A DNA stretch of 64,000 nt. Origin: Candidatus Poribacteria bacterium (GTDB lineage Bacteria > Poribacteria > WGA-4E > WGA-3G). The stretch is from assembly GCA_965205025.1 (NCBI GenBank), contig CBDBFU010000028.1:1-64000 (forward strand), written 5' to 3'. Below the pieces are notes generated by a model. The model did no database searches. It was given only the letters and a program-made list of their open reading frames with translations, and was not told the origin of the DNA. Made by a program: the position numbers and the translations under genes. Shown one piece after another: positions 10,901-20,124 of this stretch (position 1 is its first letter; every line of letters begins with the position of its first letter).

Positions 10901-11539
10901 ATGCGTTTCTTTAGAAAGACACCAAAAAATGCACGGTATACTGATACCGATGTAAAAGAATCAGAAATATTAGAAGCATATACTTGTTGGTTGAAAAACG
11001 ATAAATTAACAACCAAACAGAAGGGTCTTTTAAAAAACATACAGGAATCAACCCAATTCCATAGGTTGAAAGAACTCATTGACTTTGCTCATTATCGTTT
11101 TCAGGAAACTGAGAGTGTGACACCGAACGCGGGTTCGAAAGCACGCGTAGAAGAGAAGTTGATGAAGGCTATCAGAAGTGAATCTACTGAGTCTGCACAA
11201 GATGTTCCAGTTTCACTGAATCCGCAGGCTGCATATAGTCCACAAACCATGGGTAATGTAGATACGGATGTCTTACCCAATACTCTAAATGCTCCAACCG
11301 ACGTAGAGTTGGATGAATGGGAATCTTCTGAAGAGGATACAGATTCTGAGAGTCATAGACTTGCACTTCTTAATCTTTCGTTTGATAAGCAGGATGATGA
11401 AGTCTCTATAACTGATTTGGGAAGTTCAACTACATATATTGAAGGTGTTCGTGTAAAGGATTCTGCACCAATAGAAGAAGGTTCTGAGTTTAAGTGCGGA
11501 GAGATCACTTTCCAGGTAGTTGATATTGAGAGTTCTTAA
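10901..11539 (+). CDS. Putative cytoplasmic anti-sigma factor with acidic linker and degenerate C-terminal FHA-like domain
   Basis: Directly downstream of the ECF gene; no TM helix; C-terminus 'ITDLGSSTTYIEGVRV...IEEGSEFKCGEITFQV' resembles the FHA C-terminal half. Confidence 0.5.
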   Translation: MRFFRKTPKNARYTDTDVKESEILEAYTCWLKNDKLTTKQKGLLKNIQESTQFHRLKELIDFAHYRFQETESVTPNAGSKARVEEKLMKAIRSESTESAQDVPVSLNPQAAYSPQTMGNVDTDVLPNTLNAPTDVELDEWESSEEDTDSESHRLALLNLSFDKQDDEVSITDLGSSTTYIEGVRVKDSAPIEEGSEFKCGEITFQVVDIESS

Positions 11540-11580
11540 TAGTACTTGTGGAACAAAGGGGTGAATTTATAGTGGATTAG

Positions 11581-12645
11581 ATGGTCAAGGCATCTATTCC
11601 TAAACCCCTTCGTTCACATTACTATATAAACAAATTTGTGCGGAATAAGTCTTCACTTGCCTTATCTTATTTTCAGCAAGCTGCGACCTGTTACCGAGAA
11701 ACCCGATATGTGGAGTCTATCCAAAATTATTTACAGGGTTTAGAGTATGACAGAAGTCGTTATTATATTTACGCTGATCTTGCTAAATCCTATGAAATGG
11801 TTGGACAATGGGATCAGGCTTTAAGTAGTTTAGATATTGCCCTCCGTTTATGTCCGAATTCCTCCACGATTAAAAGACGTAAATCCCGTATTACTGAAGA
11901 ACAGAAATATTATCAAGGCATAATAGAGCAACTTGATTTGATACGGGAACCCCCATCAAATTTTTCACCAATATTACAATCCGATGGGTGCTTTCGTCCA
12001 CAACTTGAACTCAATACTACTGCCTATCAACTTATTGCTCAACCAGCAATTGACTCTACTATCTTCTGGTATGTATACCAACTGATTGAATTAACATATA
12101 ACGAGGTAGGAAACTATCTAAATCAGTATCCTGATGAAAAAATAAGAATCACGATTATTAACACTTACGGAGCACAATCCCAAGCAGATGTGCCAAACTG
12201 GGTGAGTGGTGTATATGATGGTGAAATTCATTTATACTATTGTTCTGATGGAGAACCGGAACTTGGTATAATTTACACTTTATTTCGGCATGAATGGACT
12301 CATCTCTTAGTTGATCTCATCACCCATGGGAATTGTCCTATATGGCTTAATGAAGGTTTAGCACAGGTTATATCTCGTCCATTGATGTCTTTTGAAAAAC
12401 AATCATTAGAACATGCAGATAGGCATGGTAAGTTACCTTCATTATCTGATCTGAACCAACCTTTTTCAGAACTGTCTTCCTCTGAGCGTAAAATCGCATA
12501 TCTTCAATCAGCAGCGATAGTCGGAGATATGATTGATCAGACTGACTATATGTCTATACGAAATCTATTACAGCAATTAGGAAGTGGCATTCCTATTGAA
12601 GCTGCATTAAAACAGACATTCAGAATACCGAAATCTCTATCATAA
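11581..12645 (+). CDS. TPR-repeat protein with C-terminal peptidase MA-like zinc metallopeptidase
   Basis: N-terminal TPR helices; 'RHEWTH' plus 'PIWLNEGLA' gluzincin motif. Confidence 0.8.
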   Translation: MVKASIPKPLRSHYYINKFVRNKSSLALSYFQQAATCYRETRYVESIQNYLQGLEYDRSRYYIYADLAKSYEMVGQWDQALSSLDIALRLCPNSSTIKRRKSRITEEQKYYQGIIEQLDLIREPPSNFSPILQSDGCFRPQLELNTTAYQLIAQPAIDSTIFWYVYQLIELTYNEVGNYLNQYPDEKIRITIINTYGAQSQADVPNWVSGVYDGEIHLYYCSDGEPELGIIYTLFRHEWTHLLVDLITHGNCPIWLNEGLAQVISRPLMSFEKQSLEHADRHGKLPSLSDLNQPFSELSSSERKIAYLQSAAIVGDMIDQTDYMSIRNLLQQLGSGIPIEAALKQTFRIPKSLS

Positions 12646-12653
12646 TCAAATAA

Positions 12654-12868
12654 TACCAATTCTATTTGATTAGTTTACATTATTAGCATTCGGAAAAGTC
12701 AATTTACTTCAATTGGTATTCTATAGACATTTCGTCCCTACGGGACTCAAGATAGTGGACAAACACGTTTTTCTATAGACATTTCGTCCCTACGGGACTC
12801 ATAAATCTTTATATCATTGTTCCTGTCACACTTAAATCATAATGTAAGTGTATCAATTGGAAATGGTA
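12654..12868. mobile_element. MITE (TACCA...TGGTA termini, TAA duplication) carrying two family-A REP-like hairpins
   Basis: TAA|TACCAATT...GAAATGGTA|TAA; two internal TTCTATAGACATTTCGTCCCTACGGGACTCA units. Confidence 0.7.
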
Positions 12869-12871
12869 TAA

Positions 12872-12997
12872 TACCATTTCTATAAATGATTCTCCCATGA
12901 TTAGGTGATATTTATGTCTTGAATTACTACACAAACTTGAAGTTTGTGCTACATTAAAGAGATTCTATTAATGAGACTTTAATTGCCAGAAATGGTA
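12872..12997. mobile_element. MITE (TACCATTTCT...AGAAATGGTA, TAA duplication); simple form of the composite at 35913
   Basis: 10-bp TIR, TAA on both sides, internal hairpin CACAAACT-TGA-AGTTTGTG. Confidence 0.7.
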
Positions 12998-13009
12998 TAA
13001 TATATAATT

Positions 13010-13504
13010 ATGTCTAAATTAGATATTGCCATTCTCATCATTGTTGGAATTGCTGGTTTTAGTTGCTATCGTGCTGGATTTACACGTTCTATCTGGGGTG
13101 TTTTTGCAATTGGTGCAGGACTGATAGTTGCCAGTCAATTTTGGGAAAGTCTTTCACTATTAATCCAGAATGTGATTACCAGTGAAAGTGTTGCAAAATG
13201 GATTAGCATAATTGTTCTAATTGTCATAACTTCTATCGTCATAGACACATTATTTGAACGGATTCAGAGACTTTTTGAGAAGGGAATTTTAGGTTGGTTG
13301 AATAGTGTACTTGGGTTGGGTATTGGTATTGGTACCAGTGCCTTGATTATTGCTGTGTTGTTGTACTTTCTTAATCCATATATGAGTGAATTCTTCATAA
13401 ATGAAATAGAAAACTCTGTGTTCGCAGAACGTCTGATGAATTTTGGTGAAGAAGTCTGGGTTTTCAGTAAAGAGAATATAAAGAAACAGCTTGATTTAGA
13501 ATGA
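13010..13504 (+). CDS. cvpA: Colicin V production protein family membrane protein
   Basis: 'LDIAILII...YRAGF', four TM helices, 'LNSVLGLGIG', 'IENS'. Confidence 0.75.
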   Translation: MSKLDIAILIIVGIAGFSCYRAGFTRSIWGVFAIGAGLIVASQFWESLSLLIQNVITSESVAKWISIIVLIVITSIVIDTLFERIQRLFEKGILGWLNSVLGLGIGIGTSALIIAVLLYFLNPYMSEFFINEIENSVFAERLMNFGEEVWVFSKENIKKQLDLE

Positions 13505-13548
13505 TAGTTGGGACATTCAAGAAGTTATGTCCCAACCTTTATTGATGA

Positions 13549-14184
13549 TTACCAACCTGCTTGTTTTAGGAATTCTAATGCCATTAGGGTATGTCCTTCA
13601 GCGTTTGGATGTACACCATCTTGTGTAGTCCATAATGCTCCTGGACGTGCTGCAACTGCCTTATCAAATGCTTCGTTTGTCCTGATCAACCGAGTATCAA
13701 ACTCATCTGCGAGTTTGTGAATGCGTTCATTGTATGCATCAACAGCTAACGGACGGGGATTTTGAACATCTTCCTCAATGTAGAATATCTCAAATAGGAA
13801 GAGCGGTGCACTTAGTTCATTTTTCACGCGTGTGAGTATTCGTCGATAACATTCTTCCCATTCAGGTAAGTAATCTTCATTTGGGACTTCTTGATTCAAC
13901 TGACGGCTTGCATTGTTAATTCCAATTTTTACGGATATCCAATCTGGTTTCTCTTCAATTACATCGGTATCCCACCGATTTTCTAAACCCTCTACGATAT
14001 CACCACCAATTCCCATATTGACATATTGAATTTGTCTTTCAGGATATTTCGCAGTAATTAACTCAGTAATTTTAAGGACATATCCTTGTCCTAAAGGTGT
14101 GTTTTCGTTTCTCCTGCCACAATCAGTTATGCTATCTCCAATAAATAGAACTTTCTCACCAGATTTAAATAATAAATTACTCAC
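13549..14184 (-). CDS. SGNH/GDSL hydrolase
   Basis: 'FIGDSITD', 'NMGIGG', 'IGINN', 'DGVHPNAEGH'. Confidence 0.9.
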   Translation of the reverse strand: MSNLLFKSGEKVLFIGDSITDCGRRNENTPLGQGYVLKITELITAKYPERQIQYVNMGIGGDIVEGLENRWDTDVIEEKPDWISVKIGINNASRQLNQEVPNEDYLPEWEECYRRILTRVKNELSAPLFLFEIFYIEEDVQNPRPLAVDAYNERIHKLADEFDTRLIRTNEAFDKAVAARPGALWTTQDGVHPNAEGHTLMALEFLKQAGW

Positions 14185-14304
14185 AAAGTGTCTCCTTCTA
14201 TGGTATACTAATAATGGACATATAGTGTAATGGAATGAATCTAATCTGTTGCATGTATATCAATTTATCTTATTACCATACCATATATCAAATAGTATTC
14301 CAAC

Positions 14305-14940
14305 ATGAAAAAAATCGGAGTTCTCCACGTTATTACGGATACAACACACCAATCCAAATTCACCCATCAGGAACTTGCTCAACTTGCTATACAAGGTGGC
14401 GCAGACACTATTCAATTCCGTCAGAAAAATGGTTCCACTCGTGAGTTGATTAAGATTGCACAGGAAATGAAAACTATTTGTTCACAGTCTAATCTACCGT
14501 TAATTGTAAATGATAGGGCAGATGTTGCTTTAGCGGTTGGTGCAGATGGCACACATTTTGGACAAGACGATATGCCAGTGGGTATCGGTAGAAGAATACT
14601 CCCATCAGAGACCATCATTGGTGCTTCGGCTCGAACTGAAGAGAAGATTTTTGAAGCAATAGCAGATGGGGCTGATTATATTGGATATGGACCTATTTAT
14701 AGTACATCTTCAAAAGCCGATGCCGAAGAACCGAAAGGGTTAGATAGGTTACACAAAATGTGCCAAATAGCAGAATGTCCTGTGATTGCCATTGGAGGGA
14801 TTACTGTAGATACAACATCAGATGTAATTCAGGCAGGTGCACATGGTATTGCTGTTATATCCGCAGTATGTGGACAATCTGATCCTCGTAAAGCAACAGA
14901 AGAACTTTACCAAGAAATAATGAATGCTAAGCAGGAGTAA
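14305..14940 (+). CDS. thiE: Thiamine-phosphate synthase
   Basis: 'IQFRQK', 'IVNDRADVA', 'HFGQDD', 'VIAIGGIT', 'AVISAV'. Confidence 0.92.
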   Translation: MKKIGVLHVITDTTHQSKFTHQELAQLAIQGGADTIQFRQKNGSTRELIKIAQEMKTICSQSNLPLIVNDRADVALAVGADGTHFGQDDMPVGIGRRILPSETIIGASARTEEKIFEAIADGADYIGYGPIYSTSSKADAEEPKGLDRLHKMCQIAECPVIAIGGITVDTTSDVIQAGAHGIAVISAVCGQSDPRKATEELYQEIMNAKQE

Positions 14941-14964
14941 TAGCATTGGAGTCTATAAGAATAA

Positions 14965-16455
14965 ATGAATAAAATCAATCAAGTTGATAGAACTGACATC
15001 TACAAATACCAATACACACCGAGTGAATTTAGAGAAGTAGATCAGGTATTTGAACCTGATTTTGACAAGATTGATGAAGATTTCGTACAGAGGATTTGGA
15101 AAGATCAACGTTTTATCAACCCAAATATGAGCTCTATTGCTGGTAAGCAAATCCGTATACTAAAACCGGGAGTTTGGAATCATGAAGATGGTCCAGACTT
15201 TATGCATGCCGAGATTGAGATAGATGGAAAACTACATGTTGGAGATGTAGAAATACATGTAAAAGCGTCAGAATGGTATACACATAAACATCATCTGAAC
15301 TCACGATATAACAGGGTAATTCTCCATGCAGTTTTATTTGATGACGATTTTAATCTACGAGCCCGACTTCAGAATGGGAAGCGATTGCCTACCCTTGAAC
15401 TCTTGAAATACATTGATGCCCCTATAGGAGATTTATTTGATCAAACAGTGGAATCAGAAACTGCAGAGACTAATACCTGTCGGGTAACAGGTAATCCCTT
15501 AAACATAGAGAATCTTAAACAGGTATTTGAGGCACTGGGGACTGAACGTTTTCTTGAGAAAGCTGATGCGATTAGGTTGTTAAGAACACGATTGAATTTT
15601 GAACAGATTTTGTATGAGGGAATAATGGAAGCGTTGGGATATTCCCAAAATAGCAAGCAATTCCGTGAGTTAGCACAACGTGTTCCGTTTGACGAATTGG
15701 ATACCAAATCAGCCCATGAGATTCAAGCAATTCTATTTGGAGTGGCAGGTTTGCTACCCTCTCAAGTGGATAAACCTTTACCAGAAGAAGATGAAACTGA
15801 CCCATTAATTGTTGCATTAGAGACATTATGGGAGGCATCAACTTATTCTTCACAAGGTGATCGTATGAATGCCACTCAGTGGCGTTTTGGGAGAACTCGT
15901 CCAAGCAATTTTCCTACTCGTCGTATCGCTGCAATAAGTCAATTGCTTTTTGAAAGTAAAGGTAGTTTGATGATGTATTTTCTTGCTACATGTGAGAAGG
16001 CAGCTATGGCAGATACATCGAAAAAGCTAAAGAGTATTCAAAAAGAATTACTTGATCTATTGATGCTTGAATCTACAGATTATTGGAGTATGCATTCTAA
16101 CTTTGGCAAGGGATTTTCGCAGAGTTTAAAACTGATTGGTGAGTCAAGGGCATTAGATATAATGGTTAATAAAATTCTACCTGTTGCATATATTTGGTCG
16201 GTTGAATCAGAAAGTAGTAAGTTGCAAGATGCTATTCTAAGGCTATACGGAGAGTTTAAAAAGGTACAAGAGAATAAACACATAAAACAGGTAGTAAAAC
16301 AGATCTATTCTGAAGCACAACCTGCGAAATTGATAAATTACAACGCCAGAATACATCAAGGAATGATCCGTCTCTATAAGAATTATTGTGCTGATCAACT
16401 CTGCGATCTATGTCCTCTCTTTGAATACAATGCGGTTGTCTTGGAGGAGAGTTAA
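14965..16455 (+). CDS. DUF2851 family protein
   Basis: 'PGVWNHEDGPDF', 'GDVEIH', 'W..H.HH....YNRVILH', 'RPSNFPTRRI', C-terminal CxxxxCxxC. Confidence 0.85.
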   Translation: MNKINQVDRTDIYKYQYTPSEFREVDQVFEPDFDKIDEDFVQRIWKDQRFINPNMSSIAGKQIRILKPGVWNHEDGPDFMHAEIEIDGKLHVGDVEIHVKASEWYTHKHHLNSRYNRVILHAVLFDDDFNLRARLQNGKRLPTLELLKYIDAPIGDLFDQTVESETAETNTCRVTGNPLNIENLKQVFEALGTERFLEKADAIRLLRTRLNFEQILYEGIMEALGYSQNSKQFRELAQRVPFDELDTKSAHEIQAILFGVAGLLPSQVDKPLPEEDETDPLIVALETLWEASTYSSQGDRMNATQWRFGRTRPSNFPTRRIAAISQLLFESKGSLMMYFLATCEKAAMADTSKKLKSIQKELLDLLMLESTDYWSMHSNFGKGFSQSLKLIGESRALDIMVNKILPVAYIWSVESESSKLQDAILRLYGEFKKVQENKHIKQVVKQIYSEAQPAKLINYNARIHQGMIRLYKNYCADQLCDLCPLFEYNAVVLEES

Positions 16456-16457
16456 GA

Positions 16458-17255
16458 ATGGAATCCGATGCTTCACCATTAACAGATGAATCTTATTGGA
16501 CAGAGCTATGGGATGGACAACAGCATAAGGTTCGTCACCTTCGGTGGGTGTATGTGACGACCCGTCAACTGGCAAAATTGTTTAATCGAGGATTATCTGA
16601 TTGTAAGAATCCGAAATTGATTGAGCTGGGTTGTGCGGACTCACTATGGTTACCATATCTTGCTAAGAATTATGAGAGTGATTGTTTCGGAGTAGATTTT
16701 TCGGAATTGGGTTGTCAATTGACGGAGCGAAATCTTGCTTTATCAGGTGTTGAAGGAACAGTCATCTGTGAAGATATTTTCACATATATTAAATCCCACA
16801 ATTCTGAGTTTGATTTTATATATTCTATGGGATTACTTGAACATTTTACCGAACCAGGAATGGTTTTAGAACAGATGAAAAGATTGCTAAAACCGGGAGG
16901 AAAAATACTTACAATTCTACCAAACCTACGTGGCATGTATACCCCAATAGCAAGAATTGCCAGTCCGAGACTCCTTGCGACACATCGGGTTATCACTCCT
17001 TATGCTTTGAAAACACTCCATCAATCTGTGGGTCTTGAGGTGATAGAATTTGGGTATATGGGTGGTCCTTTGAAGTTAAGTGTGGTTGATTATTCCCCTT
17101 TGCGTTTTGTTATTGGTAAGATTGGTCATGAAGTTCTATGTAAATGTGTTAATCTTACGGATGTTGTGTTGGGGAATCTGTTATCAGCCCTTGGTATACC
17201 TAATCAGCAGCTATCATCTCCCTATGTGTTTGCATTATGTATAATGCCGAAATAG
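16458..17255 (+). CDS. Class I SAM-dependent methyltransferase
   Basis: 'IELGCA', 'GVDFS', 'GLLEHF', 'LLKPGG'. Confidence 0.85.
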   Translation: MESDASPLTDESYWTELWDGQQHKVRHLRWVYVTTRQLAKLFNRGLSDCKNPKLIELGCADSLWLPYLAKNYESDCFGVDFSELGCQLTERNLALSGVEGTVICEDIFTYIKSHNSEFDFIYSMGLLEHFTEPGMVLEQMKRLLKPGGKILTILPNLRGMYTPIARIASPRLLATHRVITPYALKTLHQSVGLEVIEFGYMGGPLKLSVVDYSPLRFVIGKIGHEVLCKCVNLTDVVLGNLLSALGIPNQQLSSPYVFALCIMPK

Positions 17256-17314
17256 AGATAAGTGTATTTATTGCAAAATCCTGACAAATAGGTATAATGT
17301 CATCATAATAATAA

Positions 17315-17567
17315 CTATAGATTGGACAGTTTTTTGCGTTACACATTTCACACCGCGAATCAACTGTATGGATGCCATTAATGCCTTCCCCGGGAATTGG
17401 ACCTTGGGGAGATATGACGTGACTACACACATTTCGCCCCACTGGGGCTACGGTTTGGCTCATCTGAGTTTATTTTTTCAGAGTTGGATTAGCGTGAGAA
17501 AAGTGACGAAAAACCAGAAACACTTTGAAAATATGTGAAGCACCTTTCAGAAATTGTCAAACTATAG
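17315..17567. mobile_element. 253-bp MITE with CTATAG termini and TAA duplication, related to the IS at 35-1009
   Basis: TAA|CTATAGATTGGACAGTTTT ... GAAATTGTCAAACTATAG|TAA; the right end matches the IS terminus at 991-1009. Contains REP-like hairpins and a B-element variant. Confidence 0.7.
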
Positions 17568-17673
17568 TAAATATTTAGAATTAAGATCCTGATTCAAAAT
17601 CATATAAATTGATTACTTATCCAATAAAGATTTGAGTTATCTTGCTCTACTAAAAAATCATAGGAGACATATT

Positions 17674-18390
17674 ATGAGAATATTCTGTATTCTAACAATT
17701 TCATTACTTTGTTGTTCCGTTGGGATGACGAAAGAGACATTCTTTTCCGCTTTGGAAAGTCAAGCAGATGTAGAAAAAGAGGGTGGAACAGTAGATGGGG
17801 GAGAATTTGCTCCCGGTAAATTTGGGAACGGGTTTGTCAGTAAAGAGGTTGGTGATGTGATACATTTTCCAGTTGAGGATCGATTTATCAACCTTGAAAA
17901 GGGAACAGTTGAATTGTGGGTGACGATGGGAATGGATATTTCCACTGTTACAGGTGAACTTTTCCTATTTATGACTTACAAACGTGGTACGGATGCTGTG
18001 TTTTTGCAATTTGACAGTGGTGGAAAAGCGCGTATGCGTGTTAAGAGTGCTGGAAGTTGGTTTAACGCTGATAGTGGTGCCTTAAATTGGAAAGAAGGTG
18101 AACATCACCACATGGCAGGAACATGGGGACCGGACGGGTTGAAACTATTCCTTGATGGAGAATTGGCAGCTGAAAATAAGACTGACCGTGGACCAACTGT
18201 TTTTGCAACATCATTTGAAGTAAATAATGCCTCTCCCCCTGATCCGAGATTTCCAACGAATTGTGTTGTGGATGGACTACGGATATCGGATCATCAGAAA
18301 GAGGTGGATGAATTAGTACTTGATGATCCTGCACCTGTTCAACCACGTGGTAAGTTAGCTTTGACATGGGGACACTTAAAATCCGATTAA
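17674..18390 (+). CDS. Secreted LamG/concanavalin A-like protein with C-terminal VQPRGKLALTWGHLK tail
   Basis: AGGAG RBS and signal peptide; 'PGKFGNG', 'GTVELWV', 'HHHMAGTW..LKLFLDG', 'VDGLRIS'. Confidence 0.8.
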   Translation: MRIFCILTISLLCCSVGMTKETFFSALESQADVEKEGGTVDGGEFAPGKFGNGFVSKEVGDVIHFPVEDRFINLEKGTVELWVTMGMDISTVTGELFLFMTYKRGTDAVFLQFDSGGKARMRVKSAGSWFNADSGALNWKEGEHHHMAGTWGPDGLKLFLDGELAAENKTDRGPTVFATSFEVNNASPPDPRFPTNCVVDGLRISDHQKEVDELVLDDPAPVQPRGKLALTWGHLKSD

Positions 18391-18588
18391 TCATTATATA
18401 ACCTAAGTTGCTTTCTATAAGTTTTTAGACTTGGAAACGCCGTCATTAATGAAAAAAATGCTGATAGTTAGCCAATATTTGTGTCATGAACTTCCAGTAT
18501 GCGTCATAAAGATGCACAAACTGGATGAAGATTAATTTTTTAATTCGGTAATTTTGGAAAAAGATCCAGTGCGGTTAGGAAACCGCAC

Positions 18589-20043
18589 TATAGGCGTCAA
18601 TTTTAGAAAAAGGATGTCTGATTTTTCAATAATAATTATTGTTAAGTGAAAACATCTCCTATATAATGTATAAAAATATTACCTTTTACTTTATACAAGA
18701 GGTGTTTCCAATGAATACATTATCACAGGTTCCTGAAAAAATGCAACAGATTCTAACAACCATTGCTGATGAAGCAGCCCTTGAAACAGGATTTTGCAAA
18801 AGAAATCGAAAACTTGCGGGGAGTCATTTTGCTCAGACACTTATTTATAGTTGGTTAGAAAATCCTGATGCCACCTATACTCAACTTACACATACTGCTG
18901 CTTCTCTCGGTACTCCAATCTCACGACAAGCGATTGAACAACGATTTACTGCTGAAGCTGCACAAACCCTCAAAGCAATCCTTGACGCGGCTGCGTCCGA
19001 AGTGATTTCTGCGGATCCACAAGTTCTCCCACTCCTTGAACAGTTCAACGGTATCTATATACAAGATAGTTCTTGGATAACACTCCCTGATACGCTTCAC
19101 GATATTTGGGAAGGTGCCAGTAAAAAGGATTATCCGAACAAATCCGAACTGAAACTCCATCTACGCTTCGATGTTGCTACAGGGACATTCGAACACTTTC
19201 AACTCACCAACGGCATCACCGCTGATAGCACTGTAGAAAAACAGATTGACCGGCTCCCCCAAGGGAGTTTACGCCTTGCGGATCTCGGTTATTTTTCGCT
19301 ACAAACCCTTCAAGAACTTACGGACGAAGGGGTCTTTTGGATTTCACGGTATAAAGTTAGGTGTTCGGTTTTTGACAATACAGGAAAGCCTCTTTGTTTA
19401 CATAAATGGCTCAAGTTTCAGACCGAAAACATTATCGAAACAGATATTTTCATAGGTTCAAAAAAGCGGATGAAAGTAAGATTAGTAGCTCAGAGACTCT
19501 CCGAAGAAGAAACCGAAAAACGACGACGAGATATCAACTATCGTGCTAAACGAAAGCATACACAAGCATCACAGGCACGACTCCAACTCGCAGGTTGGAA
19601 TATCTACATTACAAATATTGGAACGGATCAACTCACCGCTGAACAGATATGTGTCATTGCGCGGATTCGATGGCAGATCGAGTTGATATTTAAGTGCTTT
19701 AAAAGCCTTGGAAAAGTAGACACATCACGAAGTAAAAAACCGTATCGTATTCTATGTGAAATATATGCTAAACTGATCGCTGCAATCATTCGGCATTGGG
19801 TGATGTTGGTCATAGGATGGCGATGTTTACGGCATAGTTTATCGAAAACAGTAGAGCTTATTACGTCCTACACACGCACAATCACAATAAGCTTTCGCAA
19901 GTCAAAGAGACATCTTAGAGAGACATTTGATGAGATAAAACAAGTATTCGAAAACGGGTGCTACATTGAAAGAAGAGCTAATAGAAAAACAACATTGGAA
20001 TATCTTGAAAATGCTACAAAAAACCGCTAAATTGACGCCTATG
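18589..20043 (+). mobile_element. IS4-family insertion sequence, apparently intact
   Basis: TIRs TATAGGCGTCAATTT / AAATTGACGCCTATG; flanked by 20-bp direct repeats GTGCGGTTAGGAAACCGCAC at 18569-18588 and 20044-20063. Confidence 0.88.
18711..20030 (+). CDS. IS4-family DDE transposase
   Basis: 'IQDSS', 'LADLGYFS', 'RIRWQIELIFKCFKS' (YREK-like motif, with Y replaced); GAGG RBS before ATG 18711. Confidence 0.9.
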   Translation: MNTLSQVPEKMQQILTTIADEAALETGFCKRNRKLAGSHFAQTLIYSWLENPDATYTQLTHTAASLGTPISRQAIEQRFTAEAAQTLKAILDAAASEVISADPQVLPLLEQFNGIYIQDSSWITLPDTLHDIWEGASKKDYPNKSELKLHLRFDVATGTFEHFQLTNGITADSTVEKQIDRLPQGSLRLADLGYFSLQTLQELTDEGVFWISRYKVRCSVFDNTGKPLCLHKWLKFQTENIIETDIFIGSKKRMKVRLVAQRLSEEETEKRRRDINYRAKRKHTQASQARLQLAGWNIYITNIGTDQLTAEQICVIARIRWQIELIFKCFKSLGKVDTSRSKKPYRILCEIYAKLIAAIIRHWVMLVIGWRCLRHSLSKTVELITSYTRTITISFRKSKRHLRETFDEIKQVFENGCYIERRANRKTTLEYLENATKNR

Positions 20044-20124
20044 GTGCGGTTAGGAAACCGCACCTACCAGGTTTGGGAAATTTGTGCTGCAAGGTAGAAA
20101 CTTAGTTATTATTGAGGATAGTAT

